From Antedon mediterranea (lineage: Eukaryota > Animalia > Echinodermata), in the NCBI RefSeq assembly GCF_964355755.1, contig NC_092677.1, positions 20,792,101 to 20,856,100 of the forward strand: a stretch of 64,000 nt of DNA, written 5' to 3'. This document shows, piece by piece, positions 1 through 12,049 of the stretch (within the stretch, counting starts at the first letter, position 1; the number at the start of each line of letters is the position of its first letter). The notes below the pieces were generated by a model. The model saw only the letters and a program-made list of their open reading frames with translations. It ran no database searches and had not been told where the DNA came from. Both the position numbers and the translations under genes were made by a program.

Positions 1-1059
1 TGCTCAGAATACCTTCAAATCGTGTTTTGAGACGTTTTAGACCATTTTGTGATTTTCGAAAAAACTTGTTAACATAAAAACACCAAAGTGCTCAGAATAC
101 CTTCAAATCGCATTTTGAGACGTTTTAGACCATTTTGTGATTTTCGAAAAAACTTGTTAACATAAAAACACCAAAGTGCTCAGAATACCTTCAAATCGTG
201 TTTTGAGACGTTTTAGACCATTTTGTGATTTTCGAAAAAACTTGTTAACATAAAAACACCAAAGTGCTTAGAAAAGCTTCAAATCGCATTTGGAGACGTT
301 TTAGACCATTTTGTTCATTTCGATGAAACTTTGTTACACAAAAACATCAAAGAGCACAAAAGATCTTAATATCGTATTTAAAAACGTTTTAGACCATTTT
401 GAGCATTTCGAAAAAACTTTTTCACACAAAACATCAAAGTGTACAAAATAGCTTCAAATCGCATTTTGAGACGTTTTAGACAATTTTGTGATTTTCGAAA
501 AAACTTGTTTACATAAAAACACCAAAGTGCTTAGAAAAGCTTCAAATCGCATTTGGAGACGTTTTAAACCATTTTGTTCATTTCGATGAAACTTGGTTAC
601 ACAAAAACATCAAAGAGCACAAAAGTATTTAAAAACGTTTTAGACCATTTTGAGCATTCCGTCAAAACTTTTTCACCCAAAACATCAAAGTGTACAGAAT
701 AGCTTTAAATCGCATTTGGAGACGTTTTAGACCATTTTGTAGTTTTCGAAAAAACTTGTTAACATAAAAACACAAAAGAGCTTCAAATCGCATTTGGAGA
801 CGTTTTAGACCCTTTTGTGCATTTCGATGAAACTTGGTTACACAAAAACATCAAAGTGCTTAAAATCACATTAGAAACCGTTTTAGACCATTTTGAGCAT
901 TTCGTTAAAACTTTTCACACAAAAACATCAAAGTCCACAAAATAGCTTAATATGGTATTTAAAAACGTTTTAGAACATTTTGAGCATTTCAACAAAACTT
1001 TTTCTCACAAAACATCAAAGTGTACAGAATAGCTTCAAATCGCATTTGGAGACGTTTTA

Positions 1060-2945
1060 GACCATTTTGTGCATTTCGATGAAACTTGGTTACACAAAAA
1101 CATCAAAGTGCTTAAAATCACATTTTGAGCATTTCGTTAAAACTTTTCACACAAAAACATCAAAGAGTAAAAAATAGCTTAATATCGTATTTAAAAACGT
1201 TTTAGACCATTTTGAGCATTTCGACAAAATTTTTTCACACAAAACATCAAAGTGTACAGAATAGCTTTAAATCGCATTTGGAGACGTTTTAGACCATTTT
1301 GTTAATTTCGATGAAACAAAAACACAAAAACATCAAATTGCACAAAATGGCTTAATATGATATGGGAAAACGTTTTAGACCATTTTGAACATTTCGTTAA
1401 AAGTTTTCACACAAAAACATCAAAGTCCACAAAATAGCTTAATATCGTATTTAAAAACGTTTTAGACCATTTTGAGCATTTCGAAAAAACTTTTTCACAC
1501 AAAACATCAAAGTTTACAAAATAGCTTCAAATCGCATTTGGAGACGTTTTAGACCATTTTCTGATTTTCGAAAAAACTTGTTAACATAAAAACACCAAAG
1601 TGCTCAGAAAAGCTTCAAATCGCATTTGGAGACGTTTTAAACCATTTTGTTCATTTCGATGAAACTTGGTTACACAAAAACATCAAAGAGCACAAAAGTA
1701 TTTAAAAACGTTTTAGACCATTTTGAGCATTCCGACAAAACTTTTTCACACAAAACATCAAAGTGTACAGAATAGCTTTAAATCGCATTTGGAGACGTTT
1801 TAACCCATTTTGAGCATTTCGATAAAATTTTACAAACAAAAACATCAAAGTGCACAAAATAGCTTAATATGGTATTTAAAAACGTTTTAGACCATTTTGA
1901 GCATTTCAACAAAACTTTTTCTCACAAAACATCAAAGTGTACAGAATAGCTTCAAATCGCATTTGGAGACGTTTTAGACCATTTTGTGCATTTCGATGAA
2001 ACTTGGTTACACAAAAACATCAAAGTGCTTAAAATCACATTTTGAGCATTTCGTTAAAACTTTTCACACAAAAACATCAAAGTCCACAAAATAGCTTAAT
2101 ATCGTATTTAAAAACGTTTTAGACCATTTTGAGCATTTCGAAAAAACTTTTCCACACAAAACATCAAAGTTTACAAAATAGCTTCAAATCGCATTTGGAG
2201 ACGTTTTAGACCATTTTGTGATTTTCGTAAAAACTTGTTAACATAAAAACACCAAAGTGCTTAGAAAAGCTTCAAATCGCATTTGGAGACGTTTTAGACC
2301 ATTTTGTGCATTTCGATGAAACTTGGTTACACAAAAACATCAAAGTGCTTAAAATCACATTTTGAACATTTCGTTAAAAGTTTTCACACAAAAACATCAA
2401 AGAGTAAAAAATAGCTTAATATCGTATTTAAAAACGTTTTAGACCATTTTGAGCATTTCGAAAAAACTTTTCCACACAAAACATCAAAGTTTACAAAATA
2501 GCTTCAAATCGCATTTGGAGACGTTTTAGACCATTTTGTGATTTTCGAAAAAACTTGTTAACATAAAAACACCAAAGTGCTCAGAATACCTTCAAATCGC
2601 ATTTGGAGACGTTTTAGACCATTTTGTGATTTTCGAAAAAACTTGTTAACATAAAAACACCAAAGTGCTCAGAAAAGCTTCAAATCGCATTTGGAGACGT
2701 TTTAAACCATTTTGTTCATTTCGATGAAACTTGGTTACACAAAAACATCAAAGAGCACAAAAGTATTTAAAAACGTTTTAGACCATTTTGAGCATTCCGA
2801 CAAAACTTTTTCACACAAAACATCAAAGTGTACAGAATAGCTTTAAATCGCATTTGGAGACGTTTTAGACCATTTTGTAGTTTTCGAAAAAACTTGTTAA
2901 CATAAAAACACAAAAGAGCTTCAAATCGCATTTGGAGACGTTTTA
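1060..2945. repeat. Higher-order block duplicated at about 54200-56085 (offset 53139)
   Basis: The rare variant CATTTTCTGATT has its C at 1561 and 54700. TTTTCGTAAAAA has its T at 2228 and 55367. Monomer order is identical. Confidence 0.8.
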
Positions 2946-5222
2946 GACCCTTTTGTGCATTTCGATGAAACTTGGTTACACAAAAACATCAAAGTGCTTA
3001 AAATCACATTAGAAACCGTTTTAGACCATTTTGAGCATTTCGTTAAAACTTTTCACACAAAAACATCAAAGTCCACAAAATAGCTTAATATCGTATTTAA
3101 AAACGTTTTAGACAATTTTGAGCATTTCGAAAAAACTTTTTCACACAAAACATCAAAGTTTACAAAATAGCTTCAAATCGCATTTGGAGACGTTTTAGAC
3201 CATTTTGTGATTTTCGAAAAAACTTGTTAACATAAAAACACCAAAGTGCTCAGAATACCTTCAAATCGCATTTTGAGACGTTTTAGACCATTTTGTTCAT
3301 TTCGATGAAACAAAAACACAAAAACATCAAATTGCACAAAATGGCTTAATATGATATGGGAAAACGTTTTAGACCATTTTGAACATTTCGTTAAAAGTTT
3401 TCACACAAAAACATCAAAGTCCACAAAATAGCTTAATATCGTATTTAAAAACGTTTTAGACCATTTTGAGCATTTCGAAAAAACTTTTCCACACAAAACA
3501 TCAAAGTTTACAAAATAGCTTCAAATCGCATTTGGAGACGTTTTAGACCATTTTGTGATTTTCGAAAAAACTTGTTAACATAAAAACACAAAAGTGCTCA
3601 GAATACCTTCAAATCGCATTTGGAGACGTTTTAGACCATTTTGTGATTTTCGAAAAAACTTGTTTACATAAAAACACCAAAGTGCTTAGAAAAGCTTCAA
3701 ATCGCATTTGGAGACGTTTTAAACCATTTTGTTCATTTCGATGAAACTTGGTTACACAAAAACATCAAAGAGCACAAAAGTATTTAAAAACGTTTTAGAC
3801 CATTTTGTGCATTCCGACAAAACTTTTTCACACAAAACATCAAAGTGTACAGAATAGCTTTAAATCGCATTTGGAGACGTTTTAGACCATTTTGTAGTTT
3901 TCGAAAAAACTTGTTAACATAAAAACACCAAAGAGCTTCAAATCGCATTTGGAGACGTTTTAGACCCTTTTGTGCATTTCGATGAAACTTGGTTACACAA
4001 AAACATCAAAGTGCTTAAAATCACATTAGAAACCGTTTTAGACCATTTTGAGCATTTCGTTAAAACTTTTCACACAAAAACATAAAAGTCCACAAAATAG
4101 CTTAATATCGTATTTAAAAACGTTTTAGACCATTTTGAGCATTTCGAAAAAACTTTTTCACACAAAACATAAAAGTTTACAAAATAGCTTCAAATCGCAT
4201 TTGGAGACGTTTTAGACCATTTTGTGATTTTCGAAAAAACTTGTTAACATAAAAACACCAAAGTGCTCAGAATACCTTCAAATCGCATTTTGAGACGTTT
4301 TAGACAATTTTGTGATTTTCGAAAAAACAACATAAAAACACCAAAGTGCTCAGAATACCTTCAAATCGCATTTGGAGACGTTTTAGACCATTTTGTGATT
4401 TTGGAAAAAACTTGTTAACATAAAAACACCAAAGTGCTCAGAATACCTTCAAATCGTATTTTGAGACGTTTTAGACAATTTTGTGATTTTCGAAAAAACT
4501 TGTTAACATAAAAACACCAAAGTGCTTAGAAAAGCTTCAAATCGCATTTGGAGACGTTTTAGACCATTTTGTGCATTTCGATGAAACTTGGTTACACAAA
4601 AACATCAAAGTGTACAGAATAGCTTCAAATCGCATTAGAAACCGTTTTAGACCATTTTAAGCATTTCGAAAAAACTTTTTCACACAAAACATCAAAGTGT
4701 ACAAAATAGCTTCAAATCGCATTTGGAGACGTTTTAGACAATTTTGTGATTTTCGAAAAAACTTGTTTACATAAAAACACCAAAGTGCTTAGAAAAGCTT
4801 CAAATCGCATTTGGAGACGTTTTAAACCATTTTGTTCATTTCGATGAAACTTGGTTACACAAAAACATCAAAGTGCTTAAAATCACATTAGAAACCGTTT
4901 TAGACCATTTTGAGCATTTCGTTAAAATTTTTCACAGAAAAACATCAAAGAGCAAAAAATAGCTTAATATCGTATTTAAAAACGTTTTAGACCATTTTGA
5001 GCATTTCGACAAAACTTTTTCACACAAAACATCAAAGTGTACAGAATAGCTTAATATCGCATTTGGAGACGTTTTAACCCATTTTGAGCATTTCGATAAA
5101 ATTTTACACACAAAAACATCAAAGTGCACAAAATAGCTTAATATGGTATTTAAAAACGTTTTAGAACATTTTGAGCATTTCAACAAAACTTTTTCTCACA
5201 AAACATCAAAGTGTACAGAATA

Positions 5223-8200
5223 GCTTCAAATCGCATTTGGAGACGTTTTAGACCATTTTGTGCATTTCGATGAAACTTGGTTACACAAAAACATCAAAGT
5301 GCTTAAAATCACATTTTGAGCATTTCGTTAAAACTTTTCACACAAAAACATCAAAGAGCAAAAAATAGCTTAATATCGTATTTAAAAACGTTTTAGACCA
5401 TTTTGAGCATTTCGACAAAACTTTTTCACACAAAACATCAAAGTGTACAAAATAGCTTCAAATCGCATTTGGAGACGTTTTAGACAATTTTGTGATTTTC
5501 GAAAAAACTTGTTTACATAAAAACACCAAAGTGCTAAGAATAGCTTCCAATCGCATTTGGAGACGTTTTAGACCCTTTTGTGCATTTCGATGAAACTTGG
5601 TTACACAAAAACATCAAAGTGCTTAAAATCACATTAGAAACCGTTTTAGAACATTTTGAGCATTTCGTTAAAATTTTTCACAGAAAAACATCAAAGAGCA
5701 AAAAATAGCTTAATATCGTATTTAAAAACGTTTTAGACCATTTTGAGCATTTCGACAAAACTTTTTCACACAAAACAACAAAGTGTACAGAATAGCTTCA
5801 AATCGCATTTGGAGACGTTTTAACCCATTTTGAGCATTTCGATAAAATTTTACACACAAAAACATCAAAGTGCACAAAATAGCTTAATATGGTATTTAAA
5901 AACGTTTTAGACCATTTTGAGCATTTCAACAAAACTTTTTCTCACAAAACATCAAAGTGTACAGAATAGCTTCAAATCGCATTTGGAGACGTTTTAGACC
6001 ATTTTGTGCATTTCGATGAAACTTGGTTACACAAAAACATCAAAGTGCTTAAAATCACATTTTGAGCATTTCGTTAAAACTTTTCACACAAAAACATCAA
6101 AGTCCACAAAATAGCTTAATATCGTATTTAAAAACGTTTTAGACCATTTTGAGCATTTCGAAAAAACTTTTCCACACAAAACATCAAAGTTTACAAAATA
6201 GCTTCAAATCGCATTTGGAGACGTTTTAGACCATTTTGTGATTTTCGAAAAAATTTGTTAACATAAAAACACCAAAGTGCTCAGAATACCTTCAAATCGC
6301 ATTTGGAGACGTTTTAGACCCTTTTGTGCATTTCGATGAAACTTGGTTACACAAAAACATCAAAGTGCTTAAAATCACATTAGAAACCGTTTTAGACCAT
6401 TTTGAGCATTTCGTTAAAATTTTTCACAGAAAAACATCAAAGAGCAAAAAATAGCTTAATATCGTATTTAAAAACGTTTTAGACCATTTTGAGCATTTCG
6501 ACAAAACTTTTTCACACAAAACATCAAAGTGTACAGAATAGCTTCAAATCGCATTTGGAGACGTTTTAACCCATTTTGAGCATTTCGATAAAATTTTACA
6601 CACAAAAACATCAAAGTGCACAAAATAGCTTAATATGGTATTTAAAAACGTTTTAGACCATTTTGAGCATTTCAACAAAACTTTTTCTCGCAAAACATCA
6701 AAGTGTACAGAATAGCTTCAAATCGCATTTGGAGACGTTTTAGACCATTTTGTGCATTTCGATGAAACTTGGTTACACAAAAACATCAAAGTGCTTAAAA
6801 TCACATTTTGAGCATTTCGTTAAAACTTTTCACACAAAAACATCAAAGTCCACAAAATAGCTTAATATCGTATTTAAAAACGTTTTAGACCATTTTGAGC
6901 ATTTCGAAAAAACTTTTCCACACAAAACATCAAAGTTTACAAAATAGCTTCAAATCGCATTTGGAGACGTTTTAGACCATTTTGTGATTTTCGAAAAAAC
7001 TTGTTAACATAAAAACACCAAAGTGCTCAGAATACCTTCAAATCGTGTTTTGAGACGTTTTAGACCATTTTGTAATTTTCGAAAAAACTTGTTAACATAA
7101 AAACACCAAAGTGCTCAGAATACCTTCACATCGCATTTTGAGACGTTTTAGACCATTTTGTGATTTTCGAAAAAACTTGTTAACATAAAAACACCAAAGT
7201 GCTTAGAAAAGCTTGAAATCGCATTTGGAGACGTTTTAGACCATTTTGTGCATTTCGATGAAACTTGGTTACACAAAAACATCAAAGTGCTTAAAATCAC
7301 ATTTTGAGCATTTCGTTAAAACTTTTCACACAAAAACATCAAAGAGTAAAAAATAGCTTAATATCGTATTTAAAAACGTTTTAGACCATTTTGAGCATTT
7401 CGACAAAATTTTTTCACACAAAACATCAAAGTGTACAGAATAGCTTTAAATCGCATTTGGAGACGTTTTAGACCATTTTGTTCATTTCGATGAAACAAAA
7501 ACACAAAAACATCAAATTGCACAAAATGGCTTAATATGATATGGGAAAACGTTTTAGACCATTTTGAACATATCGTTAAAAGTTTTCACACAAAAACATC
7601 AAAGTCCACAAAATAGCTTAATATCGTATTTAAAAACGTTTTAGACCATTTTGAGCATTTCGAAAAATTTTTTCACACAAAACATCAAAGTTTACAAAAT
7701 AGCTTCAAATCGCATTTGGAGACGTTTTAGACCATTTTGTGATTTTCGAAAAAACTTGTTAACATAAAAACACCAAAGTACTCAGAATACCTTCAAATCG
7801 CATTTTGAGACGTTTTAGACCATTTTGTGATTTTCGAAAAAACAACATAAAAACACCAAAGTGCTCAGAATACCTTCAAATCGCATTTGGAGACGTTTTA
7901 GACCATTTTGTGATTTTCGAAAAAACTTGTTAACATAAAAACACCAAAGTGCTCAGAATACCTTCAAATCGTATTTTGAGACGTTTTAGACAATTTTGTG
8001 ATTTTCGAAAAAACTTGTTAACATAAAAACACCAAAGTGCTTAGAAAAGCTTCAAATCGCATTTGGAGACGTTTTAGACCATTTTGTGCATTTCGATGAA
8101 ACTTGGTTACACAAAAACATCAAAGTGTACAGAATAGCTTCAAATCGCATTAGAAACCGTTTTAGACCATTTTAAGCATTTCGAAAAAACTTTTTCACAC

Positions 8201-11200
8201 AAAACATCAAAGTGTACAAAATAGCTTCAAATCGCATTTGGAGACGTTTTAGACAATTTTGTGATTTTCGAAAAAACTTGTTTACATAAAAACACCAAAG
8301 TGCTTAGAAAAGCTTCAAATCGCATTTGGAGACTTTTTAAACCATTTTGTTCATTTCGATGAAACTTGGTTACACAAAAACATCAAAGAGCACAAAAGTA
8401 TTTAAAAACGTTTTAGACCATTTTGAGCATTCCGACAAAACTTTTTCACACAAAACATCAAAGTGTACAGAATAGCTTTAAATCGCATTTGGAGACGTTT
8501 TAGACCATTTTGTAGTTTTCGAAAAAACTTGTTAACATAAAAACACAAAAGAGCTTCAAATCGCATTTGGAGACGTTTTAGACCCTTTTGTGCATTTCGA
8601 TGAAACTTGGTTACACATTCAAATCGTATTTTGAGACGTTTTAGACAATTTTGTGATTTTCGAAAAAACTTGTTAACATAAAAACACCAAAGTGCTTAGA
8701 AAAGCTTCAAATCGCATTTGGAGACGTTTTAGACCATTTTGTGCATTTCGATGAAACTTGGTTACACAAAAACATCAAAGTGCTTAAAATCAGATTTTGA
8801 GCATTTCGTTAAAACTTTTCACACAAAAACATCAAAGAGCAAAAAATAGCTTAATATCGTATTTAAAAACGTTTTAGACCATTTTGAGCATTTCGACAAA
8901 ACTTTTTCACACAAAACATCAAAGTGTACAAAATAGCTTCAAATCGCATTTGGAGACGTTTTAGACAATTTTGTGATTTTCGAAAAAACTTGTTTACATA
9001 AAAACACCAAAGTGCTAAGAATAGCTTCCAATCGCATTTGGAGACGTTTTAGACCCTTTTGTGCATTTCGATGAAACTTGGTTACACAAAAACATCAAAG
9101 TGCTTAAAATCACATTAGAAACCGTTTTAGAACATTTTGAGCATTTCGTTAAAATTTTTCACAGAAAAACATCAAAGAGCAAAAAATAGCTTAATATCGT
9201 ATTTAAAAACGTTTTAGACCATTTTGAGCATTTCGACAAAACTTTTTCACACAAAACAACAAAGTGTACAGAATAGCTTCAAATCGCATTTGGAGACGTT
9301 TTAACCCATTTTGAGCATTTCGATAAAATTTTACACACAAAAACATCAAAGTGCACAAAATAGCTTAATATGGTATTTAAAAACGTTTTAGACCATTTTG
9401 AGCATTTCAACAAAACTTTTTCTCACAAAACATCAAAGTGTACAGAATAGTTTCAAATCGCATTTGGAGACGTTTTAGACCATTTTGTGCATTTCGATGA
9501 AACTTGGTTACACAAAAACATCAAAGTGCTTAAAATCACATTTTGAGCATTTCGTTAAAACTTTTCACACAAAAACATCAAAGTCCACAAAATAGCTTAA
9601 TATCGTATTTAAAAACGTTTTAGACCATTTTGAGCATTTCGAAAAAACTTTTCCACACAAAACATCAAAGTTTACAAAATAGCTTCAAATCGCATTTGGA
9701 GACGTTTTAGACCATTTTGTGATTTTCGAAAAAATTTGTTAACATAAAAACACCAAAGTGCTCAGAATACCTTCAAATCGCATTTGGAGACGTTTTAGAC
9801 CCTTTTGTGCATTTCGATGAAACTTGGTTACACAAAAACATCAAAGTGCTTAAATCACATTAGAAACCGTTTTAGACCATTTTGAGCATTTCGTTAAAAT
9901 TTTTCACAGAAAAACATCAAAGAGCAAAAAATAGCTTAATATCGTATTTAAAAACGTTTTAGACCATTTTGAGCATTTCGACAAAACTTTTTCACACAAA
10001 ACATCAAAGTGTACAGAATAGCTTCAAATCGCATTTGGAGACGTTTTAACCCATTTTGAGCATTTCGATAAAATTTTACACACAAAAACATCAAAGTGCA
10101 CAAAATAGCTTAATATGGTATTTAAAAACGTTTTAGACCATTTTGAGCATTTCAACAAAACTTTTTCTCGCAAAACATCAAAGTGTACAGAATAGCTTCA
10201 AATCGCATTTGGAGACGTTTTAGACCATTTTGTGCATTTCGATGAAACTTGGTTACACAAAAACATCAAAGTGCTTAAAATCACATTTTGAGCATTTCGT
10301 TAAAACTTTTCACACAAAAACATCAAAGTCCACAAAATAGCTTAATATCGTATTTAAAAACGTTTTAGACCATTTTGAGCATTTCGAAAAAACTTTTCCA
10401 CACAAAACATCAAAGTTTACAAAATAGCTTCAAATCGCATTTGGAGACGTTTTAGACCATTTTGTGATTTTCGAAAAAACTTGTTAACATAAAAACACCA
10501 AAGTGCTCAGAATACCTTCAAATCGTGTTTTGAGACGTTTTAGACCATTTTGTAATTTTCGAAAAAACTTGTTAACATAAAAACACCAAAGTGCTCAGAA
10601 TACCTTCACATCGCATTTTGAGACGTTTTAGACCATTTTGTGATTTTCGAAAAAACTTGTTAACATAAAAACACCAAAGTGCTTAGAAAAGCTTGAAATC
10701 GCATTTGGAGACGTTTTAGACCATTTTGTGCATTTCGATGAAACTTGGTTAAAGTGCTTAAAATCACATTTTGAGCATTTCGTTAAAACTTTTCACACAA
10801 AAACATCAAAGAGTAAAAAATAGCTTAATATCGTATTTAAAAACGTTTTAGACCATTTTGAGCATTTCGACAAAATTTTTTCACACAAAACATCAAAGTG
10901 TACAGAATAGCTTTAAATCGCATTTGGAGACGTTTTAGACCATTTTGTTCATTTCGATGAAACAAAAACACAAAAACATCAAATTGCACAAAATGGCTTA
11001 ATATGATATGGGAAAACGTTTTAGACCATTTTGAACATTTCGTTAAAAGTTTTCACAAAAAAACATCAAAGTCCACAAAATAGCTTAATATCGTATTTAA
11101 AAACGTTTTAGACCATTTTGAGCATTTCGAAAAAACTTTTTCACACAAAACATCAAAGTTTACAAAATAGCTTCAAATCGCATTTGGAGACGTTTTAGAC

Positions 11201-11300
11201 CATTTTGTGATTTTCGAAAAAACTTGTTAACATAAAAACACCAAAGTGCTCAGAATACCTTCAAATCGCATTTTGAGACGTTTTAGACCATTTTGTGATT
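5223..11300. repeat. Higher-order duplication: about 5223-7830 repeated at about 8704-11300 (offset 3480-3481)
   Basis: Lines 6421-7260 match lines 9901-10740. Private variants are shared: TTTTTCTCGCAAAA at about 6690 and 10170, and AAAAATTTGTT at about 6254 and 9735. Confidence 0.85.
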
Positions 11301-12049
11301 TTCGAAAAAAACTTGTTAACATAAAAACACCAAAGTGCTCAGAATACCTTCAAATCGTGTTTTAAGACGTTTTAGACCATTTTGTGATTTTGGAAAAACT
11401 TGTTAACATAAAAACACCAAAGTGCTCAGAATACCTTCAAATCGCATTTGGAGACGTTTTAGACCATTTTGTGATTTTCGAAAAAACTTGTTAACATAAA
11501 AACACCAAAGTGCTCAGAAAAGCTTCAAATCGCAATTGGAGACGTTTTAAACCATTTTGTTCATTTCGATGAAACTTGGTTACACAAAAACATCAAATTG
11601 CACAAAATGGCTTAATATGGTATGGGAAAACGTTTTAGACCATTTTGAACATTTCGAGAAAACTTTTTCACACAAAACTTAAAAGTGTACAGAATAGCTT
11701 CAAATCGCATTAGAAACCGTTTTAGACCATTTTGAGCATTTCGAAAAAACTTTTTCACACAAAACATCAAAGTTTACAAAATAGCTTCAAATCGCATTTG
11801 GAGACGTTTTAGACCATTTTGTGATTTTCGAAAAAACTTGTTAACATAAAAACACCAAAGTGCTCAGAATACCTTCAAATCGCATTTTGAGACGTTTTAG
11901 ACCATTTTGTGATTTTCGAAAAAACTTGTTAACATAAAAACACCAAAGTGCTAAGAATACCTTCAAATCGCATTTGGAGACGTTTTAGACCATTTTGTGA
12001 TTTTCGAAAAAACTTGTTAACATAAAAACACCAAAGTGCTCAGAAAAGC

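Noticed and set aside
1074-1090. CENP-B-box-like motif TTTCGATGAAACTTGGT in B-type monomers
   Set aside because: It matches 7 of the 9 essential positions of NTTCGNNNNANNCGGGN but lacks the second CpG required for CENP-B binding. Such partial matches arise easily by chance.
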